From Podarcis erhardii (Eukaryota), in NCBI GenBank assembly GCA_964252035.1, contig OZ176203.1: a DNA stretch of 64,000 nucleotides. One strand, given 5' to 3'. The first letter of the stretch is position 1; each line of letters opens with the position of its first letter. The notes beneath the pieces were generated by a model. The model was not told the DNA's origin and searched no databases. It was given only the letters and a program-made list of their open reading frames with translations. The position numbers and the translations under genes were made by a program. This document shows, piece after piece, positions 46,201-57,000 of the stretch.

Positions 46201-48271
46201 TGATGCTGGCAAAGTGATCCCTAACAGACTAGGGCAAGTGGTGCCCTCAAAATATTGTGATCTATGCATAGACCCATGAAAACAATGCACTTAAGTTAGT
46301 CATGTCCATTAATTTCAGTGGGTCTAGTGTGGGTAGAACTAACATTGGATACCACCCTACAACTTCTGCTTGTAAGTTATGAGGTGGATCAGTTAGGGAA
46401 AGAATGCAATTTTGAAAGGAAAAATCTAGCATTTCCAACATTGTTTATAAGGATAGTTGAGCTGGTTTAGGAGATAGGCATGTTAGTTTATTCTTCCACC
46501 ACCCCTTCTAGTCTTATCAAATTTTCTTATTACAGATGTTGCTGTAGTGGATATGAGTGATGTCTCCAGACAACCATCCCTATTCTACCACCTTGGAGTT
46601 CGTGAAAGTTTTGATATGGCCAATAATGTTATACTCTATCATGACACTGATGCTGATACTTCTCAATCACTGAAGGTACAGTGCCATTTATTGTAAATCC
46701 CTAATTATGTTGAAGATACGTTTGTTCCTGTCATGCTATGAATAAACAATTTGACTGAAAAGCCCTATTTAATTCAACAAACCATTACCAAGCATCACAA
46801 TAAAATTATAAATGTGTGCATTTATAAACTAAAGTCTTGGATAAAAAGAATGTTCAGGTTAGAAGACTTAAGTTTCTTATGAATTAATTATCACATAAGA
46901 CCCATGGAAATAAGTTCCTTCATATGGCTTGGAAGTAGTACTGTTCAGTGGTGTAGCGTGGGGGGTGCAGGGGGGGCCAGCCGCACTGGGTGCAACATCT
47001 GGGGGTTAGGGTTAGGGTTAGGGGGCGCAAATTACTTGCCTTGCCCTGGGTGCTGACAACCCACGCTATGCCACTGGTACTGTTCACTCTAGCTCAAAAA
47101 CATATAGGAAAATCAGAGAGGTGCTCCTATGTAACCTTCAGATTTAATCAAAACAAAATAAAAAAATTCCTTCCAGTAGCACTTTAAAGACCAACTAAGT
47201 TAGTTCTAGGTATGAGCTTTCGTGTGCATGCACACTTCTTCAGATACATCTGAAGTGCTACTGGAAGGATTTGTTGTTGTTGTTGTTTTGTTTTTTGTTT
47301 TGACTATGGCAGACCAACACGGCTACCTGTCTGTAACTTCAGATTTAATGTTATACCCAAACAGCCAATCACTAGAACTAAAACAACAAGCGAAAGTATG
47401 GATGCTTACAGCTTTGAGTTGCAACTTATTACAAAATGATTGTACTCTGTCATTTGGAACATACTTACTGCTTACATAGTGCTTAAGGTGGGAGCCTTAA
47501 CTTAGATTTATCATACTTTTGGGTTTACAAGTGAATTTTAAAGAGCCTTTATTCTTCTCTTCTATGGAAGAATTTTTGACCCTAGTATTTCCATGTTTTT
47601 GGAAGATAAAATGACTCACATTTTCCATGGAAATAGACCAATGTTGATTTGATTACTAACCCGGAATGGGATCATTGTGCTTGCCTTTATCAAGTGATTG
47701 GATAAGCTATACCTGTTAAATTCTTCCTGGTCAACTACTACTACACTCTACGCTAGTTATTTTACAATGCACATAGGTGCACTGTGTCACTTAAAACAAT
47801 TCTGTATTTGGCAAAATTTCATTAGTGATATAAAGAGCGTGTGACTGGGAAAGTTTAATTTGTTGAATGTCTGTCTGTCTAAATATTACTCTTCTTTCAT
47901 TTCTGCCTGAATAGTTTACTATTTTTTATTCCTAACCAAGTCAGGATGGTTTGTTTTCTCAGTAGGAAATGAACTAGGTATTGAACAGAAGCATTCCAAA
48001 ATACCAGAGAAAGCGGATGCAAGATGCCCAAGTTACAGATATATTAGAAGATATTTTTTTAATCTGCTTATGCAATAGAGTTATAATCCCAAATTGTGTT
48101 TCTAAAACACAGCCCAGCCTTATGCTTCCTTTCCCCAAAGCATTTCAACCTCCAAAAATAAAATTTCAAGGTATGAGTTTTGCAAGCATGGTACAAACAT
48201 TTATATTTTACACTTAATAAAGTTGCATTTTTCCCATTCTTTTCCAGGACATGGTGTCTCAGAAAAACACA
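36831..48271 (+). CDS. MAP3K15: MAP3K15 (ASK3) MAP kinase kinase kinase, 5' partial gene; join(36831..37212,46536..46675,48248..48271), continues beyond window
   Basis: 546 nt = 182 aa spliced in frame. Follows recalled ASK3: LRAVYV...ACEAEGA...FGELDFGETAVLDAFYDA|DVAVVDMSDVSRQPSLFYHLGVRESFDMANNVILYHDTDAD..SLK|DMVSQKNT. Synteny with SH3KBP1 separates it from ASK1/MAP3K5. Confidence 0.96.
37790..37995. mobile_element. MITE (same family as 13967-14152, opposite orientation)
   Basis: CAGGGGTGCCAACT / AGTTGGCACCTG TIRs; shared TTTGAATGGCAATGC.CATCAA core; TSD not clear. Confidence 0.65.
39953..40270 (-). mobile_element. Older Sauria SINE
   Basis: AAGGTAAAGG tail and GTACCTATTTATCTACTTGCAC core on the + strand. 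Confidence 0.8.
40878..40980. mobile_element. Tc2/pogo-like MITE
   Basis: TIRs CAGTATTTTTCCGTGTATAAG / CTTATAGACGGAAAAATATGG; TA TSD. Confidence 0.8.
41975..42012 (-). ncRNA. Minimal hammerhead ribozyme copy (left arm of Penelope palindrome)
   Basis: Exact reverse complement of 43118-43155. Confidence 0.8.
43118..43155 (+). ncRNA. Minimal type-I hammerhead ribozyme (Penelope-associated, dimer-type)
   Basis: GUAU-CUGAAGA-A-GUGUGC-AU-GCACAC-GAAA-GCUC^AUAC. Has the CUGANGA and GAAA cores, a 6-bp stem II, stem I GUAU/AUAC, and a palindromic AGCU in place of stem III; predicted cleavage after C43151. This architecture is established for PLE hammerheads. Confidence 0.8.
43461..43596. mobile_element. 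hAT (Charlie-like) MITE
   Basis: TIR CAGGCTTCCTCAACCT.GGCCCTCCAGATGTTT; 8-bp TSD TTCTACCC/TTCTATCC. Related degraded copies near 19007-19115, 21520-21620, 39065-39200 and 56385-56510. Confidence 0.88.
45185..45335 (+). mobile_element. Decayed L2 RT internal fragment
   Basis: Resembles the LKEA.VRPLLKK.SLD...NYRPV.N.PFLGKV coding segment of the young L2. Confidence 0.6.
46536..46675 (+). CDS. MAP3K15: MAP3K15 exon 2
   Basis: ttattacag| acceptor, AAG|gtacag donor; 140 nt, phase 1-0. Confidence 0.96.
46946..47076. mobile_element. hAT-like MITE carrying (TTAGGG)3
   Basis: TIRs CAGTGG(TG/CA)TAGCGTGGG; perfect 8-bp TSD GTACTGTT at 46938-46945 and 47077-47084. Confidence 0.88.
47149..47331. mobile_element. 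Miniature Penelope-like insertion (pseudo-LTR only, inverted halves)
   Basis: Same family as 41880-43211; TSD TGTAAC(C)TTCAGATTTAAT at 47130-47148 and 47332-47349; no ORF. Confidence 0.88.
47210..47247 (-). ncRNA. Minimal hammerhead ribozyme copy in mini-Penelope
   Basis: Exact reverse complement of 43118-43155. Confidence 0.8.
48248..48271 (+). CDS. MAP3K15: MAP3K15 exon 3, 24-nt micro-exon (DMVSQKNT)
   Basis: ttcttttccag| acceptor, ACA|gtaagt donor; matches recalled human DMVTQKNT. Confidence 0.93.
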
Positions 48272-48367
48272 GTAAGTATTTAAGATCCTGTGTTTTAAAA
48301 CTTACATTGGGAGTACCACAGAAGTGTTTATTTTAAAGGAAATCTGTGTGGAGGAGCTGCATAACTT

Positions 48368-48403
<36 letters not shown>

Positions 48404-51154
48404 CCAAGTATGCAATTACTCCTACAAATCATGGCTTCTATTCTGCACAGTTTACTTATACCTGCTGCTTTTTAGGCCAGTGGTTTAAACAAGCCTACTT
48501 TGCCATAGGATTGGAAGTCTATTTCATGAAAAGAAGACTAATTTCTTCTCATCAGGTTATACCTAATGCTGTGCCAGTGAGGGTCCGCTGCCACAACAAG
48601 ACTTCAATTTCCTCTCCACACACCCCTTCCCACCCCAAATATGCTCTGGACAGTTGCCTAGAGAGTGGCCTGGAGAGAAAAAAGAAGTTCCATTGCATTC
48701 AGGGAAGTCCATTCTGCCAGCACAACTGCATTCTTGAATACAGCCCATTGAGAATACTTTGTCGAGTTAATTGCATTTCAGAAAGTGGTTTTCATTTTTT
48801 TCATGATTTAAAGTGCCTGAAAATCTAGTGGAAAATCAGTTGTAAGAAATGAGAGAGAATGTTAAGTAGTCCAGATAATCTGTGGGTGTGATTATTATTC
48901 TCCAAGAATAGGTTTTATAGTACATCTGACATCACCCGCAACTTGCATGGATGATGCTCAGAGATGCTAGTCTCTAATCCAGCTACTGTAGGGCACTAGG
49001 ATGGGGCAAGCTGCTCTGAGCTAATTGTGTTCTTCAAACTTACCATGTTTTATCAGACACCCATATTGGTACTTTATTTTGGAAATCTTGATATATTTCA
49101 GATGTTTAGCCCTAAACCGCTGGTTAATGTCCCCTGCTTTTTGCAGCTGTTTTGAGGCTGGGAGCATGAGTTGAAGGTTACAATTGGGAAGTCTCCTCTG
49201 CTTGAGTTTTAATCAGAACTGGAAAAGAATTCGGTGGCTTCAAAATCTTGCCTTTCTTTCTGCAGTGTTCCTTGCTGAGCTCCTGAAACTTGATTATGGG
49301 CCTGACCCCCTCATGAACTTAGTGTTCACCCAAACTGCCTTCAGGGCTTCAGATCCAGATTAGATATATACTGTGGAACAGCCATGCCTTCGAGGTTTCA
49401 GATTTAGACTAGATACACCATGGAAATATGATTCTTTCCCCCATGGAACCCCAAAACAAATGCAAATGCATGTTGGTTAGCTATTTGTGTGTTTTGTAAA
49501 TGTAGAGCATTGCATAGCATTTGACTGATAAAACACTGCAACAGCTTTAAGCTTAATACTGAAAATTTGATGGAGGTGATGACTCATCACCTACAACAAA
49601 CAGCAAAGGAATAATGTAGATTATATTTCCCCTTTGCTCTTTAAATTATGTTACCTTTTTGACTTTTGAAGATGGATTGGGTTATAAAAATAAACAGAGC
49701 CTGTAAATATCATAAAGACAGAGTAAGGAAAATGACTCATGTGTGATAGTGAAACAGAGCAACCTTTTAAAAATCTGTCAACAGGCAGACCCCTTTGTTA
49801 ATATTAAAATGCTACTTTCTCATATTCTTTTGGTAAATTCCTCAGCCACCAAGTACTTATAACACAGAGGCTGTACATTTTGTGGAGAGTGCATATAATT
49901 GTATTCAACAAATATATCACAGTGGTTAACATACTGGAGGCAGTTGAAGGGGACTGATGGTACAGTATACAAACTAATACATATAAAATGTTATTTTTAC
50001 ATGTTGAACTTGTAGGTCTTTATATGATGAGTTGATCCATGAGTCACATCACCCACAATATATGTGTGTAGAGGAGGGAGGGGGGAGTCATTCTGTTTCC
50101 TGCAATCACACCTAGTTAGAATATTTCAAAATCATTTATTCGAAACACATCTCTGTTTTGAATTAAGCATTCTGCTCCCACAAATTTCTAATTATTAGAA
50201 GTATCACATTTGGGAACGGTAGGGAGCAGAAAACTTCATTAATTTCAAAAACAGAGTTGAAATCTTACAAGTTGGTCTACTTACAGTTTTTGTGGGGAAC
50301 AGAAAGGCCACACACATATGTGGAATATGAGGTGCCTGTGACTCAATCAATTCCTGTTTCATAGTTAATAAATGTAGATATCAGTATTGCCCCAAAACTA
50401 CAGTAAAACTGGAGACAACAATATGAGCAGACTCAAGCTGTACCTCCCATGAATGTCAATGAATAAATTTTCCTTCACAATTGAGGCCTACCCTTCTGCT
50501 CTGTTGTAGAATCATGATGGCATTTTCTTCTAACTCTAGCCAAATATTTCTGCCTTTGTGTTTGTGTCTTGTTGGAGTTGCATATATTTTGTATGTAACT
50601 GTTTGCTTTTATTTTGTTCACTCCTCTTCAGTTTTGCAGCATACTGTTGCTCAAGAGTTATGTGGGTTAACAGATGGCTGGTTCAGGTTCAGGGAACCAT
50701 GAGTGTTGCCTGGGCACATATTATTTGAAGTAGCTAATGAGGCTCAGGTTTCTCACTTCCTGCTCTAACAGGGCCAGTGACAGAGGCTGGCATCACTGGG
50801 CACTTACCAAGGCTTATGCTTAAATAAGAAGACCCACTGTCATTCCCAGTAACCTCCCGGGCCAGCTGATTCTCCTCAGTGTTTCTGCTGCTTCACTTGC
50901 CTGCTTCAAACAAGCATACAGTGAGAGAAGGAGAACGTTGCTTCGTCCTTTCTGTCTGGGAGGTGGGAGGTAGTGTGGATTGGAACTAGAGTGGGGAGCA
51001 AGCAAACGGGCAGGAGTAATAATGGTGAGCCCCCCCCCCAAAAAAACACCTATCACAGAGACAAAGTAACTGCACCCCTGTTACGTATATCAGTTGACTG
51101 GGGTTGACCGTCTGAGCTATCTCACAGGGTTATTGTGAGAATAAAGTTGAAGTA

Positions 51155-51361
51155 CAGTGGTACCTCAGGTTACCGGTACATACGCTTCAGGTTACAGACT
51201 TCGCTAACCCAGAAATAGTGCTTCAGGTTAAGAACTTTGCTTCAGGATGAGAACCGGCGGCACGGCAGCAGCAGGAGGCCCCATTAGCTAAAGTGGTGCT
51301 TCAGGTTAAGAACAGTTTCAGGTTAAGTACGGAACGAAGTACTTAACCTGAGGTACCACTG
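51155..51361. mobile_element. TcMar-Tigger-like MITE
   Basis: CAGTGGTACCTCAGGTTA TIRs, TA TSD. Confidence 0.9.
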
Positions 51362-52429
51362 TATATTGTCCTAGTAAGAAGGCTAGAAAGAAGGGTAGGA
51401 TAAAATAGAAGAACATTATAGACATAACTGGTCCCTATAAAGGGACAGATTGGCATAAGGCTCAATGGAGCATCCTTGCCCTTCGTGCTATTTGCATGTG
51501 ACCATATCACACTGTCAATTTGATATGGTGAGAAGTCTGTGCATGTTTGTTCGCTCTCTTCTAGATGCCATTTTTCACACAGTTTTGCCAGCCTGCAAGT
51601 CACTCCAGGCTTGAGGGTTTTATGGGCTGGAATACTAGAAAGAAACTGTTGGCTTAGAGGAGTGTAAGGAAGCACATACAAAACTTTCAGTCTGTGGCTG
51701 TACTATGAATTCTGAGAACTGTAGTTTACCCATCACGGAGCTACAGTGAGCAAACTGCAGTTCTTGTATTTTGGGGGGTCTCTGTGCCAATGTACTTCAA
51801 ATGTATGGTGTGTACACAGTCTCAGTCAGTACTCTACGCAGTTCTGCATGTGTGCTGAAGACTGGCCAGGCAGGAGAAGGAGTTCGATTTAAATCGTTTC
51901 CACCTCTTTCGTGTGAAACAAATATCAAGCAACTTTGCCCAATGGCTGCGATACTTAACACTGACAATTGATGTGGTCAAAACACTTGCTTTGTGATTTT
52001 TATCTGGGCAAGTCAGAAAGCCACCTTTAGCCTGTTTACTCACGTACCATGAATGGAAGCAGTTGTGTAATTTCCAGTTATGCAGGTAGAACTCAGCATG
52101 TATCAGGTTTCTGCGAGGTACTACTTGGATGTTTGTTTCCAGAAGGTGGTGCTTGGGGAGTGCTCTTTGGTCCCATGGAACCTTCAGTGTGAATGGGCTG
52201 GACCATTGTCTTGTCTCAGTGGACTTGATGAGAGCCAATGGGTTGTTCCTTTGACCAGATGGATGGGAGGTTGCTTGCTCTTGGTGGGGTAACGCTCCCT
52301 CTGAAGGAGCTGGAATGCAGGTACTTCTGGATCCATTGCTGTCTCTTGAGGCTCAGGTGGCCTCCATGGCATGGAGTGCCTTCCGTCAGCTTTGGCTGGT
52401 GGCCCTGGTTTGCCCATATCTGGACAGGG

Positions 52430-53655
52430 ATAGTCAAATAATGTTGTCTATGCTCTAGGTTAGATTACTGCCTTATGTTATTTGTTGGGCTGCTTCTGAA
52501 GATGGTTTGGAAACTTTAGCTGGTAAAGAATTCAGCTGCCGGGTCGCTCACTGGGATAAGACAACTTGAGCCTATCATGCCAATCTGAATCTGACCTGAT
52601 TGTACTGATGGCAAGTGAGTTTTTGGGCTTAATTCAAAGTGCTGGTTTTGACCTATAAAGCCTTAAACAGCTGAGGACTGTAATACCTCAGTGCCCACCC
52701 ATATGACCCAGACCCTGCAATCATCTTCTGAGGCCCTTCTTTCTGTGCTTCCTCCATGAGAAGTCTGTAGGATGGCAACACAAGAAGGGGTCTTTTCTGC
52801 AGCGGCTCCTCACTTGTGGAATGCCCTCCTAAGGGAGGCTAGCCTAGCACCTGCATTACATATATTTCAGCATCAGGCAAAAACTTCTCCCAAGCCTTTG
52901 GCTAATTAAACAATCTATGGCTTGAAAAGTTTTTTTGGGGTGGGGGTGGTTATTGTTTGTTACTATGGTATGTATTTTTGTAATGTTATGAGTTTGTGGG
53001 CTTCCTGGGCTCCCCATCTAATTCCTGGGTGGCAGACACTGGATTTAGTGTGTTAAAATGCAAGCCAGGAGCCAGCTTGGTAATGCACTGCTAAAGATTG
53101 ACCATTAGCAGGGAACAAAGACAGGGAGATGGGCTATCAGCAGAGCAAATACACTCTGTCAGCCAGCAAATGGGTGGAGGCCCCCCCCCCCCGCTCTGTG
53201 TTAGTTTGCAGAGATAAAGGCCAGTGGTAGTGGAAGGTTTAAGTTTCACCTGATGTGAGCCAGAGAAAAAGAGGTGTCTGTGTGCAAGCAGTGAAAGCTG
53301 GAGAGATGGGGATCAGGGCACAATGTGGACTGAAAGTTTGAATCCTAGGTGGTGGCCTTGGGAGAAACAGGACCCTTTTGAAGTGTATTGCTTTGAACCA
53401 CTCCATCGCAGGCTCAGGTTGTATATATGTGTAAATAAACCAAACACCATAAAGACACCACAGTCTCCACTATGCCTCATTTCCAAAGGAAACACGAACC
53501 CTGGGTAAGTGCCTGGACCCCTGGAATCTGGCAGCACTCAAAGGTCAGGGTGGCATGTAACAGTATATATTTTTGTGGTTTTGAATTGTAAACTACCCTG
53601 TAATGCTTGGATGAAGAGTGGTACAGTATAGAATTTTAATAAACAGCAACAACAA
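52430..53655 (+). mobile_element. Degraded L2 3' fragment hosting the 52984 solo LTR
   Basis: Decayed L2 RT C-terminal motifs (CTAGGTTAGATTACTGC, GTGCTGGTTTTGACCTATAAAGCC, GTGGAATGCCCT); the tail resumes after 53562. Confidence 0.7.
52984..53562 (+). mobile_element. Solo LTR (Gypsy-type inferred)
   Basis: TGTTA...TAACA inverted termini; AATAAA at 53434-53439; 4-bp TSD GTAA/GTAT (one mismatch); inserted in the 3' UTR of an L2 fragment. Confidence 0.72.
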
Positions 53656-53830
53656 TGCAAATTCATAGAATTGCCCAAGTGTGTGAAACTTACAAGCATG
53701 TGCAACCTTTGCATTCCATTGATTTGAGTGAGCTTGTGACTTAGCTTTGTGTTAGAAAGTCAACACAGAACTATGTCTTACCACAACGGGCAAGACAGGA
53801 GTTTGGTTCAAGACCATTCTAAACCTAATA

Positions 53831-54017
53831 CAGTCGTACCTTGGAAGTCGAATGGAATCCGTTCCGTAAGTCCGTTCAAAAACCAAATCGCGGCTTCTGA
53901 TCAGATGTTCGAGTTCCAAAAGAACATTCACAAACCAGAACAATCACTTCCAGCTTTGCGGCGTTCAGGAGCCAAAATGTACGAGTTCCAGGGCATTCGA
54001 CAACCAAGGTGCAACTG
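53831..54017. mobile_element. TcMar-Tigger-like MITE (different family)
   Basis: CAGTCGTACCTTGG ... CCAAGGTGCAACTG TIRs; TA/CA flanks. Confidence 0.75.
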
Positions 54018-57000
54018 CACAGGAGATTTCTGTGAATTATTATTTTTTAGTCCAGTTGAGCATGATTTTAAGCTACTAGGTATCCCCCAATTGTTGGGTG
54101 GGGTGCTTGCTCTTAGTCTTCCTTTAAAAATGAAAGATAGGAAATGTTTTTCTTCTTATTATCTACTCTCTGATAACAATTTGACCAGTCCCACCCCTCC
54201 CACCAGAATGTTTAAATCAGGACTAATATTTTCAATGAACCAGGAAATGATTTGAAAGTGAAGCTGGGAACATTTGTGTCAGCAGTAGAATGCATCTATT
54301 GGGACATGGCCTTTGAGATTAGTTGAGTAGTTTTGTAGGTGCTCTGATTAATAAGGCTCTGGCACCAATTTAAGCCTTACACAAGTGGGAAGACTTGGGG
54401 TTTCTAAAACACACACAACACCCTGGGATTTGTCAATTTCTGTTGTTCTAGCAGTAAAATATTATGAGATACAAATGAAAAGAGATGTTATCCTCCTTGA
54501 CTTTACAAAGCAAACAATTAATATTTTGTGTTGCTAATTTACTGCCCCTCTGAGAGTCTTAAATCATGAATTATGAGTTGCTTCTAACATCCGGGAGCTG
54601 GGTTCCCAAAACAGAACTGGCCTTGCATGTAACTAAAGGTCACCATTTTTTATGCCCCTGTATGTGCCCAAAACTCCTGGGAGAGTTGAACTTTGACTGC
54701 CATTTGCAACCACTGATGGTGTATACACAACTCTGCAGAGCCTGTCAAAGCACTTATCTGTAAAATAAATTGCAAATAACTCAGCCTAGTGGAACAGTTT
54801 CTTCTTTCTCAGAGTGTTACCATGGAGCAGTCATGGTTTTGGAAACAGATTGTGCTCCTTGATTTCTGAGGGGTCAGCATTGTTGTAGAAATATGTAAAA
54901 TGTATGTCTGTTTTTTTATGACAGGTTGCATTATACTTCCTAACTTCTCATGACTTCCTTTTGCATAGATTGGTCAGACTACCGTATGAAAAGAGAAGCT
55001 TGCACTAGTGCTTATTAGGAGTAGATATGGATAAGTTGCCCAAAACCTTATATCCAAAAATAAAATAAAAGCCTGCCATGTTTTGTTAGAGTGAATGTGA
55101 GAAGAAACAGAAACCCCAACTAAGAGACAACAGGTTGTTGCAATTTTCCTAAACTAATAAGGAATTGAGGAAATTACTCTTTGACTTTGTGTCAGTTCTG
55201 TATTTGAACTGGATAGAAAGTTGGTGTTTTTGCTTTGTTGTCTGCTTGTAGCAACATAAATGGAAAACACTTTTCTCTAAGGTCTGTTTCCCTGAATGTT
55301 TTGAGTGTCCCGTTAACCCAACAGCACAACTACAGTCAAATCAATGATCTGTGAAGCAAATACTGTATAACATATAATACAGAGTTCAGGTACATGGTCA
55401 GTTTATTGGTGTAGAGGTTATACTAACATGAGATAGCATAAAAGGCATAGAGTTGATTTATAATAGTGCTGTTTCAATATGACACATGGCACTCACTCTG
55501 ATACTCCCTTTAGAAGAGTTAAGAAACGCTGGAAGCTTGTACATTTCAGTTGGCTTTTAATGCCAATGTTTACTTTTTGGATAAGGTGCATAAAATATTA
55601 AATGTTTTTATTTATAAGACAAGGTTGCTAACATACCTCTAGCTTTCATATCACACCCAGTGGCGATGATGAGTACATACGGATCAAGAGAAGCGTAGTT
55701 ATCTCTAGGCAAAAGTAGGTTTCCAAGAAAGATATGGCATGTTTGCCTCAGTTAAAAAAACATTACTTAGAAATTTCAGAATACTTCATTCGTAGGACTG
55801 AGGCCCCTATGCACATACTAACATATGCATTATTCATTATGCTGTTTCATTAGTAATTGTAAGAAGACGGTACCATAAATGATAAATCTACCATAAATGA
55901 TAAATGATAAATTGTACAGTACTGACTATCTTTGTCCAGTTAATAAGCCTTTTTAGGAACTGCCCATTCATCCATGCCAGATAAATCACAAGCTGTCAAT
56001 TTTCTGAGGAATGTACAGATTCAAAATGCTTCCTTCTTTTTGCCATAGGGGGCTCTTTACATAAATGTATACCAAATACATTTTTTGCTTTTTTCTTCAG
56101 GTCATAATTGTGCTACATGTAATACGTTTATGAGATAGTATTATTGTGCTTATATTATTCAGTTTAAGTCCACCGCTATCTCTATGATCATTCATCGGGT
56201 CGTAAAAAATGTGTGCTAGTTTCTGCAAAATATGGCAGGAAGAACAACATCCAAATTTCCTTTTGATGCCTAATCAAAATACTTTTGACTGTTTTCAGAA
56301 GTATTAATGAGAGGCAGCAACTTGGTTTGGTAGTGTGTGTGACTATATGAATCTCCTTCTAATATTATTTACGGTGGGAAAGGGGAACATGTGACTTTCC
56401 AGGTACTATGGGACCACAACTCCCATTATTGTTCACCAGTGGCCATTCCAGCTGGGACTGATGGGAGTCCAATAACATCTGGATAGCCATAGATCCGCCA
56501 CCCCTGCTTTAGAGACAGGAGTCTTCTTTATAAGTTTTGTAAAACATGGCACTTCTTCAGAAAGCGTGTGGCCTTGTAAAACTCAAGACTCTAATAATCT
56601 TTGGAGCTTTGAAGATTATAGTAGCAGCAACAGTTGCATTTATTATGTCACCATAAATCCTAACATGTAAAACACATGTGTTTAAGGTGTCATGATCTCT
56701 GAAATATGCAAGACTTCACATATGGGAACTAATAGATAGAAACAGTATTGTTTAGAAGCCCCGTATATAGAAGCTTCTAAATACTACACCTATATACTGC
56801 AATTCTACTTTCCTAGGCTTTGTATAATGCTACATTTTATTTTTTTAAAATGTCTGTATTAAGGAAGAGTCTGGATTATTTAGTAAATTTATGAGAGATG
56901 TCGCCTGCTGACTATTGATTATGACATGTGCAGATTAATGTACTGCAACTCACATGTTTAAACACATGCCTTGATTGCACCATGGTTTAAAGGTAATGTG

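Noticed and set aside
53749-54255. 168-aa ORF
   Set aside because: Spans a Tigger-like MITE and flanking intron; no transposase motif or other homology.
55871-55912. Short tandem duplication TACCATAAATGATAAAT x2 (similar 11-bp duplication near 3606-3627)
   Set aside because: Ordinary slippage; no spacer/repeat architecture, so not CRISPR-like.
56250-56270. - strand AG|GCATCAAAAGGAAAT (ASKGN...) resembling the start of MAP3K15 exon 4 (recalled ASSGNYY...)
   Set aside because: Wrong strand and similarity ends after five residues; exon 4 was not found on + up to 64000.
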